Notes: generated by a model not told the origin, from the letters alone. A stretch of 64,000 nucleotides of DNA from an uncultured cyanobacterium (GCA_963793425.1 CAWCAG010000007.1:32001-96000); one strand, 5' to 3'; counted from the first letter of the stretch, positions 27,531 through 37,658 are shown. Translations and numbers: made by a program.

Positions 27531-28256
27531 TTATTCTGTTTCTTCTACCACAACCACAGTAATATTATCAGAACCACCTTCTTTTTTCGCTTCTTCAACT
27601 AAATCTTTAGCTATTTGTTCAGAAGAAGAATTAGTGATTAAATAAGAACCAATAACTTCATCTGATAACTCTTCTGTTAAACCATCGCTACACAGCAACA
27701 AGCGATCGCCTGGTTTAACTTCTAGGGTTTGAATTTCAATATGTTGTAAATCTTTGCGACCTAAACACTGGGATAAAACGTGTCTCCAGGGGTGGACTCT
27801 TGCTTGTTCGAGGGTCAAATCTCCTGCTTTGGTGGCCCTTGATACCCACGTATGATCTTCTGTAATTTGCTCTAATTGGGAGCCTCGCAGCCTATAAAGG
27901 CGGGAATCTCCTACATGGGCGCACCACGATTCTCCTTGACGAAAAATCATCACTACTGCTGTAGTTCCCATATCCCCCCTTTCTGGGTTACTTTGTTGAT
28001 CTGCAACAATAGCTAAATTAGCTCTTTCCAAAGCTTCATTCAATAACTTTGTTGAGGGTCTAGGGGACTCCCAATACTCTTCTAAATCTTCTTTTACCAC
28101 TTCTGTGGCAATATGACTAGCTTCCTGCCCGCCAGCGTGACCTCCCATACCGTCAGCGATAATAAAAAAGCGCCCCTCTGGATCTATGTAGTAATCATCC
28201 TGATTTACAGAGCGTACTAGTCCCGGATCACTTAGACCCGCGAAGCGTCGTTTCAT
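27531..28256 (-). CDS. pphA: PP2C-family Ser/Thr phosphatase
   Basis: SDPGLVRSVNQD, IADGMGGH, MGTT, HVGDSRLY, TEDH, CSDGL, DNITVV; same synteny with an ABC1 kinase as Synechocystis pphA. Confidence 0.88.
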   Translation of the reverse strand: MKRRFAGLSDPGLVRSVNQDDYYIDPEGRFFIIADGMGGHAGGQEASHIATEVVKEDLEEYWESPRPSTKLLNEALERANLAIVADQQSNPERGDMGTTAVVMIFRQGESWCAHVGDSRLYRLRGSQLEQITEDHTWVSRATKAGDLTLEQARVHPWRHVLSQCLGRKDLQHIEIQTLEVKPGDRLLLCSDGLTEELSDEVIGSYLITNSSSEQIAKDLVEEAKKEGGSDNITVVVVEETE

Positions 28257-28292
28257 ATGCTTGTTGCTTAAAATACAAATTTACTAGGGGAA

Positions 28293-30047
28293 TCAGTATC
28301 TATCAAGGCGGTCAATACGTCTTAATAGGCGGAATAAAGCTAATCCTGCGGCTATTGCTGCTAACACAACAATAACAGCAAACCCTACTTTGCCGTTAAC
28401 CAAAAGGATAGTAGCAGACAAAGTAAAGGCACTAACTAATAAAGTATAGTTGGTTCCTAGCTGAATAGCACTTATTTTCCTTAAAACGCGGTCTGATTCT
28501 GTGGATCTAACTCTTACTCGAATGTCTCCCCTTTCTAGTTTGTTGAGGGTGTCTTCGATACGTCGTGGCAAACTTAATGCACTGGTACTCACTTTAGCTG
28601 CTTGCCGTCCGATTTCATTAAAGATGCCGTTGTCAAAATTACCGTTTTCATCACTCATAAGTCGCATTGCAAAGGGTTGGGCAACCTCCATAAAGTTAAA
28701 GTCTGGATCTAATCCCTTACCTACACCTTCTAGGGTAGAAAAGGCCCGCATGACAAAGGTAAAAGTCGCAGGAAAGCGGAAAGGTTGATCGTAGGCAATT
28801 TCGTAAAGGTCATCGCTGATAGCGCTTACAGACTGTTCTTCAAAAGGTTGGTCCATAAAGTTATCTAGCATATACTGAATCGAGCGCCGTACTGATCCCA
28901 TATCTCCTGTGGGAGATAAAGCACCAAGTTCTACCAGGGAAGTTACTACTCTATCAGAGTTTTTTTCTGCAATCCCGTATAGGGTTTGCATTAATTTTTC
29001 CCGAATATTTGTCTTGATTTGCCCCATCATACCGAAGTCATAAAAGATTAGAGATCCTTCCGGACTCACAGCCAGGTTACCGGGATGGGGGTCGGCATGG
29101 AAAAAACCATCGTTGAGTAGTTGTTGGAGGTAAGCTTTTGCCCCTAATCTGGCTAAAACTTTGCGGTCTAAACCTGCTGCTTCTAAGGCTTCGTAGTGAC
29201 TAATTTTAATGCCAGGAAGATATTCTAAAGTCAAAACCCTCAAAGAAGTGTAGCGCCAATAGACGCGAGGTACTTTGATCCAATCTTGAGTGCGGAAGTT
29301 ACGGCGAAAAGTATCAGCGTTACTTCCTTCGTTGAGATAATCAGTTTCTTGCCAAAGAATACGACAGCACTCTTCATAAATCCCTAGCCAATCTCGGCCT
29401 TTTCCCCAACGCGGATGATTTTGAAAATAAATAGAAATCCTTTTCAGGATGGCGAGATCGATGGTAAAAAGTTGTTTTAATCCTGGACGTTGAATTTTAA
29501 CAACGACTTCTTCTCCACTATGGAGTTTTGCTTTGTGAACCTGACCTAAACTAGCTGCTGCTAAGGGCAGAGGATCGAAACGAGCGAATAGTTTGGTGAC
29601 AGATTTACCTAAATCTTTTTCAACAATTGTTACTACTTGTTGATATTCAAAAGCAGGAACTTGATCCTGTAGTTTGCTTAATTGTTCTACATACTCAACA
29701 GGAAATAAGTCGGCGCGGGTGGAAAATAATTGACCTACTTTGATGAAAGTTGGCCCTAACTCTAACAAGCTTTCGCGAATCCAAGCAGCTTGCTTTTTAC
29801 GCCTTGCTAAGCGTTTTTCTTCTGTGTATCCCCCCACATAACTCCACTTTTTCCCATCACGCCAAAATTGAGATAAAAGCCGCAGGACAAAAGTCCAAAT
29901 GTCTAGCCGTCTTCGAGTGCGAGAGTAATTCTCCCGATTCCATTTATAAGTATTTTTTCCCTTCTCTAAAGGAGATAAATCTTTTGCGTCAACAGAGTCA
30001 GGGGAATATTGAATAGAAGTTTTGGAGTCTTGGGGAAAAGCAGACAC
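28293..30047 (-). CDS. ABC1/AarF/UbiB-family kinase (SpkI-like)
   Basis: LGPTFIKVGQ, AAASLGQVH, VKIQRP, FFHADPHPGN, YDFGM. Confidence 0.94.
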   Translation of the reverse strand: MSAFPQDSKTSIQYSPDSVDAKDLSPLEKGKNTYKWNRENYSRTRRRLDIWTFVLRLLSQFWRDGKKWSYVGGYTEEKRLARRKKQAAWIRESLLELGPTFIKVGQLFSTRADLFPVEYVEQLSKLQDQVPAFEYQQVVTIVEKDLGKSVTKLFARFDPLPLAAASLGQVHKAKLHSGEEVVVKIQRPGLKQLFTIDLAILKRISIYFQNHPRWGKGRDWLGIYEECCRILWQETDYLNEGSNADTFRRNFRTQDWIKVPRVYWRYTSLRVLTLEYLPGIKISHYEALEAAGLDRKVLARLGAKAYLQQLLNDGFFHADPHPGNLAVSPEGSLIFYDFGMMGQIKTNIREKLMQTLYGIAEKNSDRVVTSLVELGALSPTGDMGSVRRSIQYMLDNFMDQPFEEQSVSAISDDLYEIAYDQPFRFPATFTFVMRAFSTLEGVGKGLDPDFNFMEVAQPFAMRLMSDENGNFDNGIFNEIGRQAAKVSTSALSLPRRIEDTLNKLERGDIRVRVRSTESDRVLRKISAIQLGTNYTLLVSAFTLSATILLVNGKVGFAVIVVLAAIAAGLALFRLLRRIDRLDRY

Positions 30048-30116
30048 TCGATTTCCTAAAATCTAAATAAATTTTGCTCAAAAAATTGCTTTTTATTGCT
30101 CAGTTTACGACAACTG

Positions 30117-30443
30117 TCAAATTGATTTAGTCGTAACATAAAGCTTTAGCTCTGTTCGCATCCGAGCAATTTCTGCTCTGAGTTCGTCGATGGTTTGTTG
30201 CAAGTCAGCAGGGGAAGATTTAGTAGCAACAGTAGCAGTACTAGGTGTGGTATTTACTTCTCCTTGCGCTTGTTCAGCCTTCACCATAACTTTAGCTGTA
30301 AATTGCCGCAGATTTTCTCTTTGTTCAGCATCGAATTTGCCTAGTTCGCTCAAAGCATTGGTGAGAGTATCTTCTAGCTGTTCCCCTAAAACCTCAGCAA
30401 AAGCCCTACCCAGAAAAAAAGCATGAATGACAGGATTACTCAT
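30117..30443 (-). CDS. Conserved cyanobacterial coiled-coil protein (DUF6825-like)
   Basis: [16 protein letters not shown]...[17 protein letters not shown]...[13 protein letters not shown]. Confidence 0.8.
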   Translation of the reverse strand: MSNPVIHAFFLGRAFAEVLGEQLEDTLTNALSELGKFDAEQRENLRQFTAKVMVKAEQAQGEVNTTPSTATVATKSSPADLQQTIDELRAEIARMRTELKLYVTTKSI

Positions 30444-30517
30444 GAAAATAATTTATTTTATGTTTCGTTACAAATTATATCTTGCTTACTGGGTTACTGG
30501 GGTTTAATGGCATTATC

Positions 30518-30547
30518 TTGACAAAAGAAAGATATTCCCTATATAAT
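30518..30547 (+). promoter_or_regulatory. Consensus sigma70-type promoter of tRNA-Gly
   Basis: TTGACA (30518-30523), 18-nt spacer, TATAAT (30542-30547), 13 nt upstream of the tRNA. Confidence 0.8.
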
Positions 30548-30560
30548 GACAAGGCATTAT

Positions 30561-30632
30561 GCGGGTATAGCTCAGTGGTAGAGCGTCACCTTGCCAAGGT
30601 GAATGTCGCGCGTTCGAATCGCGTTACCCGCT
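30561..30632 (+). tRNA. trnG: tRNA-Gly(GCC)
   Basis: Acceptor stem GCGGGTA/TACCCGC, D arm AGCTCAGTGGTAGAGC, anticodon arm TCACC-TTGCCAA-GGTGA, T loop GTTCGAATC; CCA not encoded. Confidence 0.97.
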
Positions 30633-30815
30633 TCTGACAGCTTAACAAAAAAACGTCAAAAAGTAGCAAGAACCACAGCTACCCGAAGCTTTGTAACCTT
30701 TTTAACAAAATCAGGAAAAAATAGCTCAAAAAAAAATTAAACCTGCATTTTATCAAACAGTTTGTCCATAATAGATTTAGGAAAATCTGAAAAATACCTC
30801 TTTTACGCTTCGCTT

Positions 30816-31223
30816 GTGCAACCTCGTAAAGCTCAGAAGATAGACTTAAGTACTGAGTACCCTTGCCCCTGTCGTCGCAAGGGTCATCTCCTACCAATTA
30901 CCCTAACAGACGCTTTTGGTTGTGATCGCTGTCAGCAAATTTTTGTTGTGGAAGAGAATGGTAAAGTTTTAGAACAATTATCAACAGGTTACCCCTCTAA
31001 ACGCTCTTGGCGCTGGACAGGCAACCGTTGGATTGATACTCGGACTAAGTTCAAGAAATTTTACATACCCCTGACCTTGGGATTGTTTACTATTGTTTTT
31101 TTGATGATAGTCTGGTGGTTACACACCCTACCTTGGGACATATTACTGAAAGTAGTTATTCTACCTCTAGCAGTATTACTGAGCTTATTTGCAGTAATAT
31201 TTTGGTTGGCTTATAGACGTTGA
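30816..31223 (+). CDS. Cyanobacterial zinc-ribbon membrane protein; GTG at 30816 preferred over 30762
   Basis: YPCPCRR...FGCDRCQQIF, followed by two C-terminal hydrophobic helices. Confidence 0.75.
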   Translation: MQPRKAQKIDLSTEYPCPCRRKGHLLPITLTDAFGCDRCQQIFVVEENGKVLEQLSTGYPSKRSWRWTGNRWIDTRTKFKKFYIPLTLGLFTIVFLMIVWWLHTLPWDILLKVVILPLAVLLSLFAVIFWLAYRR

Positions 31224-32488
31224 AAAGAATGGCGATTGATGACTATGACGCAGCCCAAGACCGAACTCTTGCTAGAGTTAAAAGTGCTTACCAAGCCTCT
31301 TTAAAACTAGCAACGACAAAAGGTGTGAAGCGTAGCTATGGAGTAGCTTGTATGGCCCAGGCCCTAGAAGAAGGGTTTGAGGAAATCCTTGAAGCTAATA
31401 CTCTTGATCTAGAAACTAGCCGAGAAATGGCAGTATCAGATATTATTATCGATTGGTTGAGGTTAACACCAGAAAGACTCCATAGTACCATTGACATTTT
31501 GCACAGCTTAGAAGCATTGCCAGACCCTCTGCAAAAGTTAAGGAATGCTCCTTATCAACTAGAGCCTTTTCAAAACTATTGCCAACCGATGCCTTTAGGA
31601 ACTATTGCTTTTGTTTATGAAGCATTTCCTGAATTGGGTGCTATTGCCGCAGGGATGTCTGTTAAAACTGGTAATAGTTTGATTTTGCGTGGTAGCAGTG
31701 AAGCTAGCTATTCTAATGCTGCGATCGCTAAAGCTTTGTTTCTCGCTATAGAAGAGGCTGACTTGCCAACAGGTAGCTTAGAGATTCTTGCTGCGGACAG
31801 GGGGGCTTCTATTTCTGATTTGGTAGAGCTAGATCAATATATTAATTTAATCATTCCTTATGGGCGTTTTAGTTTGGTACAGCAAGTTACCCAGCTAGCT
31901 ACCATGCCAGTTTTACAGTCTGCAATGGGTAATTGTTATCTCTACTGGTCTTTGAATAGTGAAGTAGAGATAGTTCGTAAGATTATCATTGATAGTCATG
32001 CTAGCGAACCAGATCCAGTAAATGCCATTGAGAAAGTTTTGCTCCATCCTCAGCAAAACTCTGCTACTTTGCAGAGTTTGTTTGATAGTTTGCAAAAGAA
32101 AGGTTTTGAGTTACGTGGCGATGAAGAGTTAACCAGGAAGTTTCCTCAACAGCTTAAAGTTGCAGCTACATCAGAATGGGGAAATGCTTATTTACGCCCC
32201 TGTGTCGCTTTCAAGACCATTGCCAGTTTGGATGAAGGAATTTCTTGGATAAACCGTTACAGTAGTGGTCATGCTAATTGTTTGGTGACTCAATCTTACC
32301 CAGAAAGCCGCCAATTTGCTGACAAAATTAACAGCGCCTTAATATATATAAATTCCTCCCCCAGGTTTTATCGCAGTCCTAAGGGAGGAAATTCTGTTTT
32401 TCTCGGAATGTCTAACCAACGAGGGCATCGTCGTGGTTTGATTGGCTTAGAAACCTTGACTACTTTAAAACAAGTGGCTCAGGGCTGA
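31220..32488 (+). CDS. proA: Gamma-glutamyl phosphate reductase-like protein (divergent ProA paralog)
   Basis: PLG.IAFVYE, KTGN.LILRG..EA..SN, IIPYG, EWGNAYL, INRYSSGH, GL..LTT.K; catalytic Cys position is Val. Confidence 0.8.
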   Translation: MKRMAIDDYDAAQDRTLARVKSAYQASLKLATTKGVKRSYGVACMAQALEEGFEEILEANTLDLETSREMAVSDIIIDWLRLTPERLHSTIDILHSLEALPDPLQKLRNAPYQLEPFQNYCQPMPLGTIAFVYEAFPELGAIAAGMSVKTGNSLILRGSSEASYSNAAIAKALFLAIEEADLPTGSLEILAADRGASISDLVELDQYINLIIPYGRFSLVQQVTQLATMPVLQSAMGNCYLYWSLNSEVEIVRKIIIDSHASEPDPVNAIEKVLLHPQQNSATLQSLFDSLQKKGFELRGDEELTRKFPQQLKVAATSEWGNAYLRPCVAFKTIASLDEGISWINRYSSGHANCLVTQSYPESRQFADKINSALIYINSSPRFYRSPKGGNSVFLGMSNQRGHRRGLIGLETLTTLKQVAQG

Positions 32489-32504
32489 AAAAACTCAAAG
32501 TGAA

Positions 32505-33352
32505 CTATTGGTTAGCACTAGATGTCTTTAACTTTAGACTTCCTTGAGATGGCAACTTAACTTTGGTGGCTAAACCTAGAATTTGGAATAGCTTGATGGT
32601 CATCCAAGTTAAATCAACTTCCCACCACCGCAAGCCGTGACGTGCAGAAGATTGGTAGGCATGGTGATTGTTATGCCACCCTTCGCCGTAGGTAACTAAA
32701 GCTACCCACCAGCAGTTACGGGATCGATCGTTAGATTCATAGGTTTGGTAGCCCCATTTGTGGGTAGCGCTATTAACAAACCAAGTGCAGTGAAATACCA
32801 CCACTAAACGAACAAAAATACCCCAAATAATAAAAGACCAACCCCCAAAAGCGTAAAGAATTAACCCTAGAACAATTTGGATAGGAATAAAATAGTTTTC
32901 AAAAAAACGATAAACCGGGTCATCATAAATATCTTTGGTGAAGCGAGGAATATCTTCTTTTGCTGGGGCATTGTGAAGCATCCAATCCATGTGACTCCAC
33001 CAAAAACCTCGGTGAGAGTTGTGGGGATTTGGGCCGTATCAGAATATTTATGGTGAATACGGTGCATACCAATCCATTCAATTGGACCCCCCTGGCAAGA
33101 TAAAGTACCGCAGAAAATGAGGAAATATTCTAGCCATTTAGGAGTTTGGAAGCTACGGTGAGTAACAAGGCGATGATAGCCCAGAGTGATGCCTAAACCT
33201 CCTGTTATCCAGTGGAATAAAATAGCGATACCAACTGCTTTCCAGCTAAAAAAGCGAGGAAAGAATGCCAACATAGCTACTAGATGAATAGAAGCCATGT
33301 AAGTGATAATTACCCAGTTGAGTGGGGGCTTATTTGAAGTTGCAACAGTCAT
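32505..33352 (-). CDS. desC: Delta-9 acyl-lipid desaturase split by a 1-nt deletion near 33028 (probable sequencing error)
   Basis: His boxes HRLVTH, HRIHH, WFVNSATH, EGWHNNHH spread over ORFs 32867..33352 and 32505..32990; one extra G restores SDTAQDPHNSHRGFWWSHMDW. Confidence 0.88.
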
Positions 33353-33463
33353 TTAGTAATCTTTAAATATGCAGTTTGTTTGATGGGGGAAGTGTTAATA
33401 ACCGACATAAAAGTTCGTTTTGTGTTTAATTATTAACACTGAGGTTTTACTATCAACTAACAG

Positions 33464-34696
33464 ATGAACAGCTTAAAGCTGATTGAAAAAGCGCAAGAAA
33501 CACTATTTCCGATTTTTGCTAAGATTGACACTCAGGTCAAGGGAAACCTCCAGAAAGTTTTAGTTGCTTTTCGTCACCATCGCGTGGGAGTGCAACATTT
33601 TGCTAGTGTTAGCGGTTATGGACACGATGATTTAGGAAGGCAAACTTTAGACCGGGTGTTTGCCGAGATTATGGGGGCTGAAGCCGCCGCAGTACGAGTA
33701 CAGTTTGTTTCAGGAACCCATGCCATTGCTTGTGCTTTGTTTGGTGTTCTTCGTCCAGAAGACGAAATGTTAGCTGTGGCTGGCCCTCCCTATGACACCT
33801 TAGAAGAAGTTATTGGTTTAAGAGGTCAAAGTAAAGGGTCTTTAAGGGATTTTAACATTAACTATCGTCAATTACCGTTGACAGAAAAAGGAGAAATTAG
33901 TTGGCAATTACTGGCAAAATCAGTTAGTTCAAAGACCCGTCTGGCCTTGATTCAACGCTCTTGTGGCTATTCTTGGCGACCAAGTTTATCTCTTGATGAG
34001 GTTGAAAAGATTATTCAAGTAATTAAACTACAAAACTCTGATACAGTTTGTTTTGTAGATAATTGCTACGGAGAGTTTATAGAAAGTCGAGAACCAACTC
34101 AAATTGGTGCAGATTTAATAGCAGGTTCTCTCATCAAAAATCCTGGCGGTACAATTGTCAATGCAGGAGGGTATGTAGCAGGAAGGGCCGATTTGGTGGA
34201 AGCGGCTTGTTGTCGTTTGACTGCACCGGGAATAGGTAGTCATGGAGGGGCAACTTTTGGGCAGAATCGCTTACTTTTTCAAGGTCTGTTTCTTGCGCCT
34301 CAAATGGTGGGAGAAGCGATTAAGGGAAGTCATTTAATTGCTTATGTTTTTGATAGTTTGGGCTACCGGGTTAATCCTTCTCCTTTTGCACCGCGTCGAG
34401 ATATTATCCAAGCTATTGAATTAGGTTCACCCCAAAAGTTGATTGCTTTCTGCAAGGCGATTCAACAGCACTCCCCGGTGGATTCCTATGTGGAACCTGT
34501 ACCAGGGGAAATGCCAGGGTATGAGAGTCAGCTAGTTATGGCTGGGGGAACTTTTATTGATGGCAGTACTTCTGAGTTTTCAGCGGATGGGCCATTACGA
34601 GAACCATATATCGCTTTTTGTCAAGGGGGAACTCACTGGACTCATATTGCGATCGCCTTAGAAGCTGCAATTGAGGCAGTTGTCAATGAACAATGA
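33464..34696 (+). CDS. Methionine gamma-lyase / aluminium-resistance (YnbB-like) PLP enzyme
   Basis: GYGHDDLGR, VSGTHAI, PYDTLEEVIG, IQRSCGY, FVDNCYGEF, AGSLIKNPGG, MAGGTFIDGST.E.SADG. Confidence 0.92.
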   Translation: MNSLKLIEKAQETLFPIFAKIDTQVKGNLQKVLVAFRHHRVGVQHFASVSGYGHDDLGRQTLDRVFAEIMGAEAAAVRVQFVSGTHAIACALFGVLRPEDEMLAVAGPPYDTLEEVIGLRGQSKGSLRDFNINYRQLPLTEKGEISWQLLAKSVSSKTRLALIQRSCGYSWRPSLSLDEVEKIIQVIKLQNSDTVCFVDNCYGEFIESREPTQIGADLIAGSLIKNPGGTIVNAGGYVAGRADLVEAACCRLTAPGIGSHGGATFGQNRLLFQGLFLAPQMVGEAIKGSHLIAYVFDSLGYRVNPSPFAPRRDIIQAIELGSPQKLIAFCKAIQQHSPVDSYVEPVPGEMPGYESQLVMAGGTFIDGSTSEFSADGPLREPYIAFCQGGTHWTHIAIALEAAIEAVVNEQ

Positions 34697-34711
34697 ACAA
34701 TGATCATCTCC

Positions 34712-34767
34712 AAAAAAAATACTCCAGCCAATTAAGACTGGAGTGCAAACATCAAAGTGCATCTGCT
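34712..34767 (-). ncRNA. Candidate ~56-nt small RNA resembling NsiR1
   Basis: Minus strand AGCAGATGCACTTTGATGTTTGC ACTCCAGTC TTAATT GGCTGGAGT A TTTTTTTT: AGATGCAC..TGAT seed, 9-bp stem and U8 tail; TCCGGA 31-36 nt upstream. Confidence 0.55.
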
Positions 34768-34797
34768 ACTTCTTTGTTCTTGAAGAATTAGTTTTGA

Positions 34798-34803
34798 TCC
34801 GGA
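34798..34803 (-). promoter_or_regulatory. DIF1-like TCCGGA motif at about -35 of the candidate sRNA
   Basis: TCCGGA palindrome at the expected distance from the AGCAGATGCAC start. Confidence 0.45.
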
Positions 34804-35052
34804 TAACTTAGTTAAATAGTTGATTTTTGCTTGCGATAAGTAATTTTCTAGTTAATTCATCGCTCTTAAGATATACTTGCCTCAACTAATAACTAATTCT
34901 TAATAAAGTTGACATTAGAACCGAATATTAATTAAGTTTAACTTAATCGAAGTATTACTTTTACTCACGCAAACTACTTTCACTAATTTTCTTATAAATG
35001 CTATTGCTTATTGCCTGTTCTCTAGAGCAGCTTATCAAAGTTGGGTTCAATT

Positions 35053-36633
35053 ATGAATAGTCCTCTAGAAGAACATAAACCTCTTTTTGAACGCAGTCTG
35101 AAAACTATTGCCGGAGTCAGAGTGCTATTTACTGAGGCAGGAGAATTGTTTTCTCATTCCGAGCCAAATTTTACTGCTCTTCAAGAACAGTTAGAAAATC
35201 CTTTTTCTATTTTTGTTTGTGGAGAATTCAACTCTGGTAAATCTAGTCTCCTTAATAAGCTAGGGGAAGAAAAGTTGGCTCAAGTTGGTATTTTGCCAAC
35301 TACAAGTTCTTTAGAGGCATATTACCCAGAAGGATTTGGTGGATTAGTATTTATTGATAGTCCCGGAACTAATTCAATTGTTGAAGAACACCAAGAACAA
35401 ACAGAAAATTATTTACAACGAGCAGATATTATTTTATTTGTTACTTCAATAGAAAGACCTTTAACAAAGTCAGAGCAGGATTTTTTGGGGTTGGTTAATA
35501 ATACTTGGGTACGCCAAGCTATTGTTGCTATTAATAAAGTAGATTTGGCAGAGTCTGAAGAATTAGAGCAAGTTGTTTCTTATGTTCAAGAAGGTTTGCA
35601 AGTAGTATTTTCTCCTGTCCCACCTATTTTCGCGGTTTCAGCACGAACAGGTGATGGTGTTAATAAGTTACGGGACTATTTGTTAGAACTTTTAGTTGAC
35701 AAGGAAAAGGTAAAGTTAAAACTACAAGGGCCGCAACGTTCTTTGTTAGTTTATTTAGAAAAATTAGAGCAGAAAAATCAAGAAACACGGGAGAGACTGC
35801 TAGCAGAAAAGAAAGTTTTTGACCAAACTATTAGACGAATTAAAGAGCGTATTGAGCAGTACGATTTGATTTTCGGTGTTTTTGAAGAAAAAATTGGTGA
35901 TACTTTTAATCGCCTTACTCAACAATTGAATCAAATTATTGATAGTAGTTTAGCCTTTTTGACTTTGATTAGGCAAAGACTAACTAGGGAAGATGATTTA
36001 TTAGAACAAAAGATTGCTAAGGCGATTAAGGATGTGCAGCTAGATCAAGCTATGGATGATATCCTCAAAGAAGCAGCAGCTACTTTGCTTAAGTATCGAG
36101 AACGCATTATTCGAGAAGCTAAAGAAGATTTACAGCTTGCTGCTAGTATTTCTGAAGATTCTTTTTCTATTCCTAGTTTAGAAACAAAAAAGCTCGATGT
36201 TAGTGAAATTTCTGAAAAACTAAAAATTGCCTCACAAAAAGGCTTTAATAACTTTCTTACTTTCGGAACTGCTGCTGCGGCTACGGGTATAGGAGGTCAT
36301 GTGGTGGCAACGGCTGCCCTGTTTGATTTGTCGGCTCTTATTTTAGCTTTGATGTTAACTTTGTTTAGCCTCAATGCTGTGCCGCAGCAGCGGGAAAAAG
36401 CGAAGCAGCAATTAGAAGAAAATATATTTGAGTTAGAAAAAAATTATACCGAAGAGTTACGACAGGGCTTACAAAAAGAACTTGTAGCAAGTTTGGAGCA
36501 ATTTACTGATTCTCTACAACCAAGAATTAACGAGTTGGAAAGTAAAATTGCTGCAAGTCAGAATTTGGAAGATAAAGTTCTAAGTTGGCGACAAGAAATA
36601 AAAGAAATTTTGCAATTAGCAGAGCAGCTTTAA
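35053..36633 (+). CDS. Bacterial dynamin-like GTPase
   Basis: GEFNSGKSS, GILPTT, IDSPGTNS, INKVD, VSART; long helical stalk and hydrophobic paddle (AALFDLSALILALMLTLF). Confidence 0.88.
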   Translation: MNSPLEEHKPLFERSLKTIAGVRVLFTEAGELFSHSEPNFTALQEQLENPFSIFVCGEFNSGKSSLLNKLGEEKLAQVGILPTTSSLEAYYPEGFGGLVFIDSPGTNSIVEEHQEQTENYLQRADIILFVTSIERPLTKSEQDFLGLVNNTWVRQAIVAINKVDLAESEELEQVVSYVQEGLQVVFSPVPPIFAVSARTGDGVNKLRDYLLELLVDKEKVKLKLQGPQRSLLVYLEKLEQKNQETRERLLAEKKVFDQTIRRIKERIEQYDLIFGVFEEKIGDTFNRLTQQLNQIIDSSLAFLTLIRQRLTREDDLLEQKIAKAIKDVQLDQAMDDILKEAAATLLKYRERIIREAKEDLQLAASISEDSFSIPSLETKKLDVSEISEKLKIASQKGFNNFLTFGTAAAATGIGGHVVATAALFDLSALILALMLTLFSLNAVPQQREKAKQQLEENIFELEKNYTEELRQGLQKELVASLEQFTDSLQPRINELESKIAASQNLEDKVLSWRQEIKEILQLAEQL

Positions 36634-36728
36634 AGTGATGGAATATCTAGTTTGATTCTACCAGAAATATTAATTAAAATTATCAAGATTGGGGGAAATC
36701 TTTTCTTCTTTTTTTGATTTTCAGCCCC

Positions 36729-37658
36729 CTATTGCCTTGTCCGTAGCACTCTCAGTAGTTTGGTAAAATCATCAGGTAAAGGTGCGATCGCTTCTAACCA
36801 TTCTCCAGAAATGGGGTGAAATAAACCTAACTTTTGGGCATGAAGTGCTTGTCCTGAAAGGTTAACTCCCACAGAAACCCCAGAGCCATAAACAGGATCT
36901 CCCACTAAAGGATAACCTGTATGGGTAGCATGGACTCTAATTTGATGAGTACGCCCTGTTTCTAGGCGAAACTTCATTAAGGTATAGTTACCTAATCTTT
37001 CTGTCACTTGCCAGTGAGTTACAGCTTCTCTGGCTCCTTTTTCCAAAGGTAAGACGGACATCTGTTTACGATTGATTAAATGCCGACCAATAGGCAAATC
37101 TATTGTGCCACTATCACCTTTAGGAGAGCCATGAACTACACCAAGATACTCTTTGAGGGCAACTTTATCTTGAATTTGTTTTTGTAGGCTTTGGTGAGCA
37201 ATATCAGTTTTGGCAACCACCAAGACTCCACTTGTATCTTTATCGAGGCGATGAACAATACCAGGACGCTTAACCCCACCGATACTAGCTAAATCATGAC
37301 AATGAAACAATAAAGCATTAACTAGAGTACCATCTTCATGACCGGGGGCAGGATGCACAACTAAACCCGCTGGCTTATTAACAAAAACAATCTCCTCATC
37401 TTCGTAGAGAATATCTAAAGGTATATCTTCCGGTTTTATTTCTAAAACCTCAACGGGAGGAAGATTAACTTGCAGGCGATCGCCCCTTTGAACTAATCTT
37501 TTTTTAGCCTGACAAATTTCTTCATTAACCTCCACACAACCATCAACGATTAACTTTTGTAAGCGAGAACGAGATAAATCAGGCAAGTTTTCCGCTAACC
37601 AACGATCTAAGCGATCGCCATTATCTTTTACTTGTAAGGAAAAATGTTTGCTATCCAT
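36729..37658 (-). CDS. rluD: RluA/RluD-family pseudouridine synthase with S4 domain; ATG at 37658 preferred
   Basis: RLDRWL...SRSRLQ, VNKPAGLVVHP, HRLDKDTSG, LETGRTHQIRVH, GDPVY, QALHA. Confidence 0.9.
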   Translation of the reverse strand: MDSKHFSLQVKDNGDRLDRWLAENLPDLSRSRLQKLIVDGCVEVNEEICQAKKRLVQRGDRLQVNLPPVEVLEIKPEDIPLDILYEDEEIVFVNKPAGLVVHPAPGHEDGTLVNALLFHCHDLASIGGVKRPGIVHRLDKDTSGVLVVAKTDIAHQSLQKQIQDKVALKEYLGVVHGSPKGDSGTIDLPIGRHLINRKQMSVLPLEKGAREAVTHWQVTERLGNYTLMKFRLETGRTHQIRVHATHTGYPLVGDPVYGSGVSVGVNLSGQALHAQKLGLFHPISGEWLEAIAPLPDDFTKLLRVLRTRQ

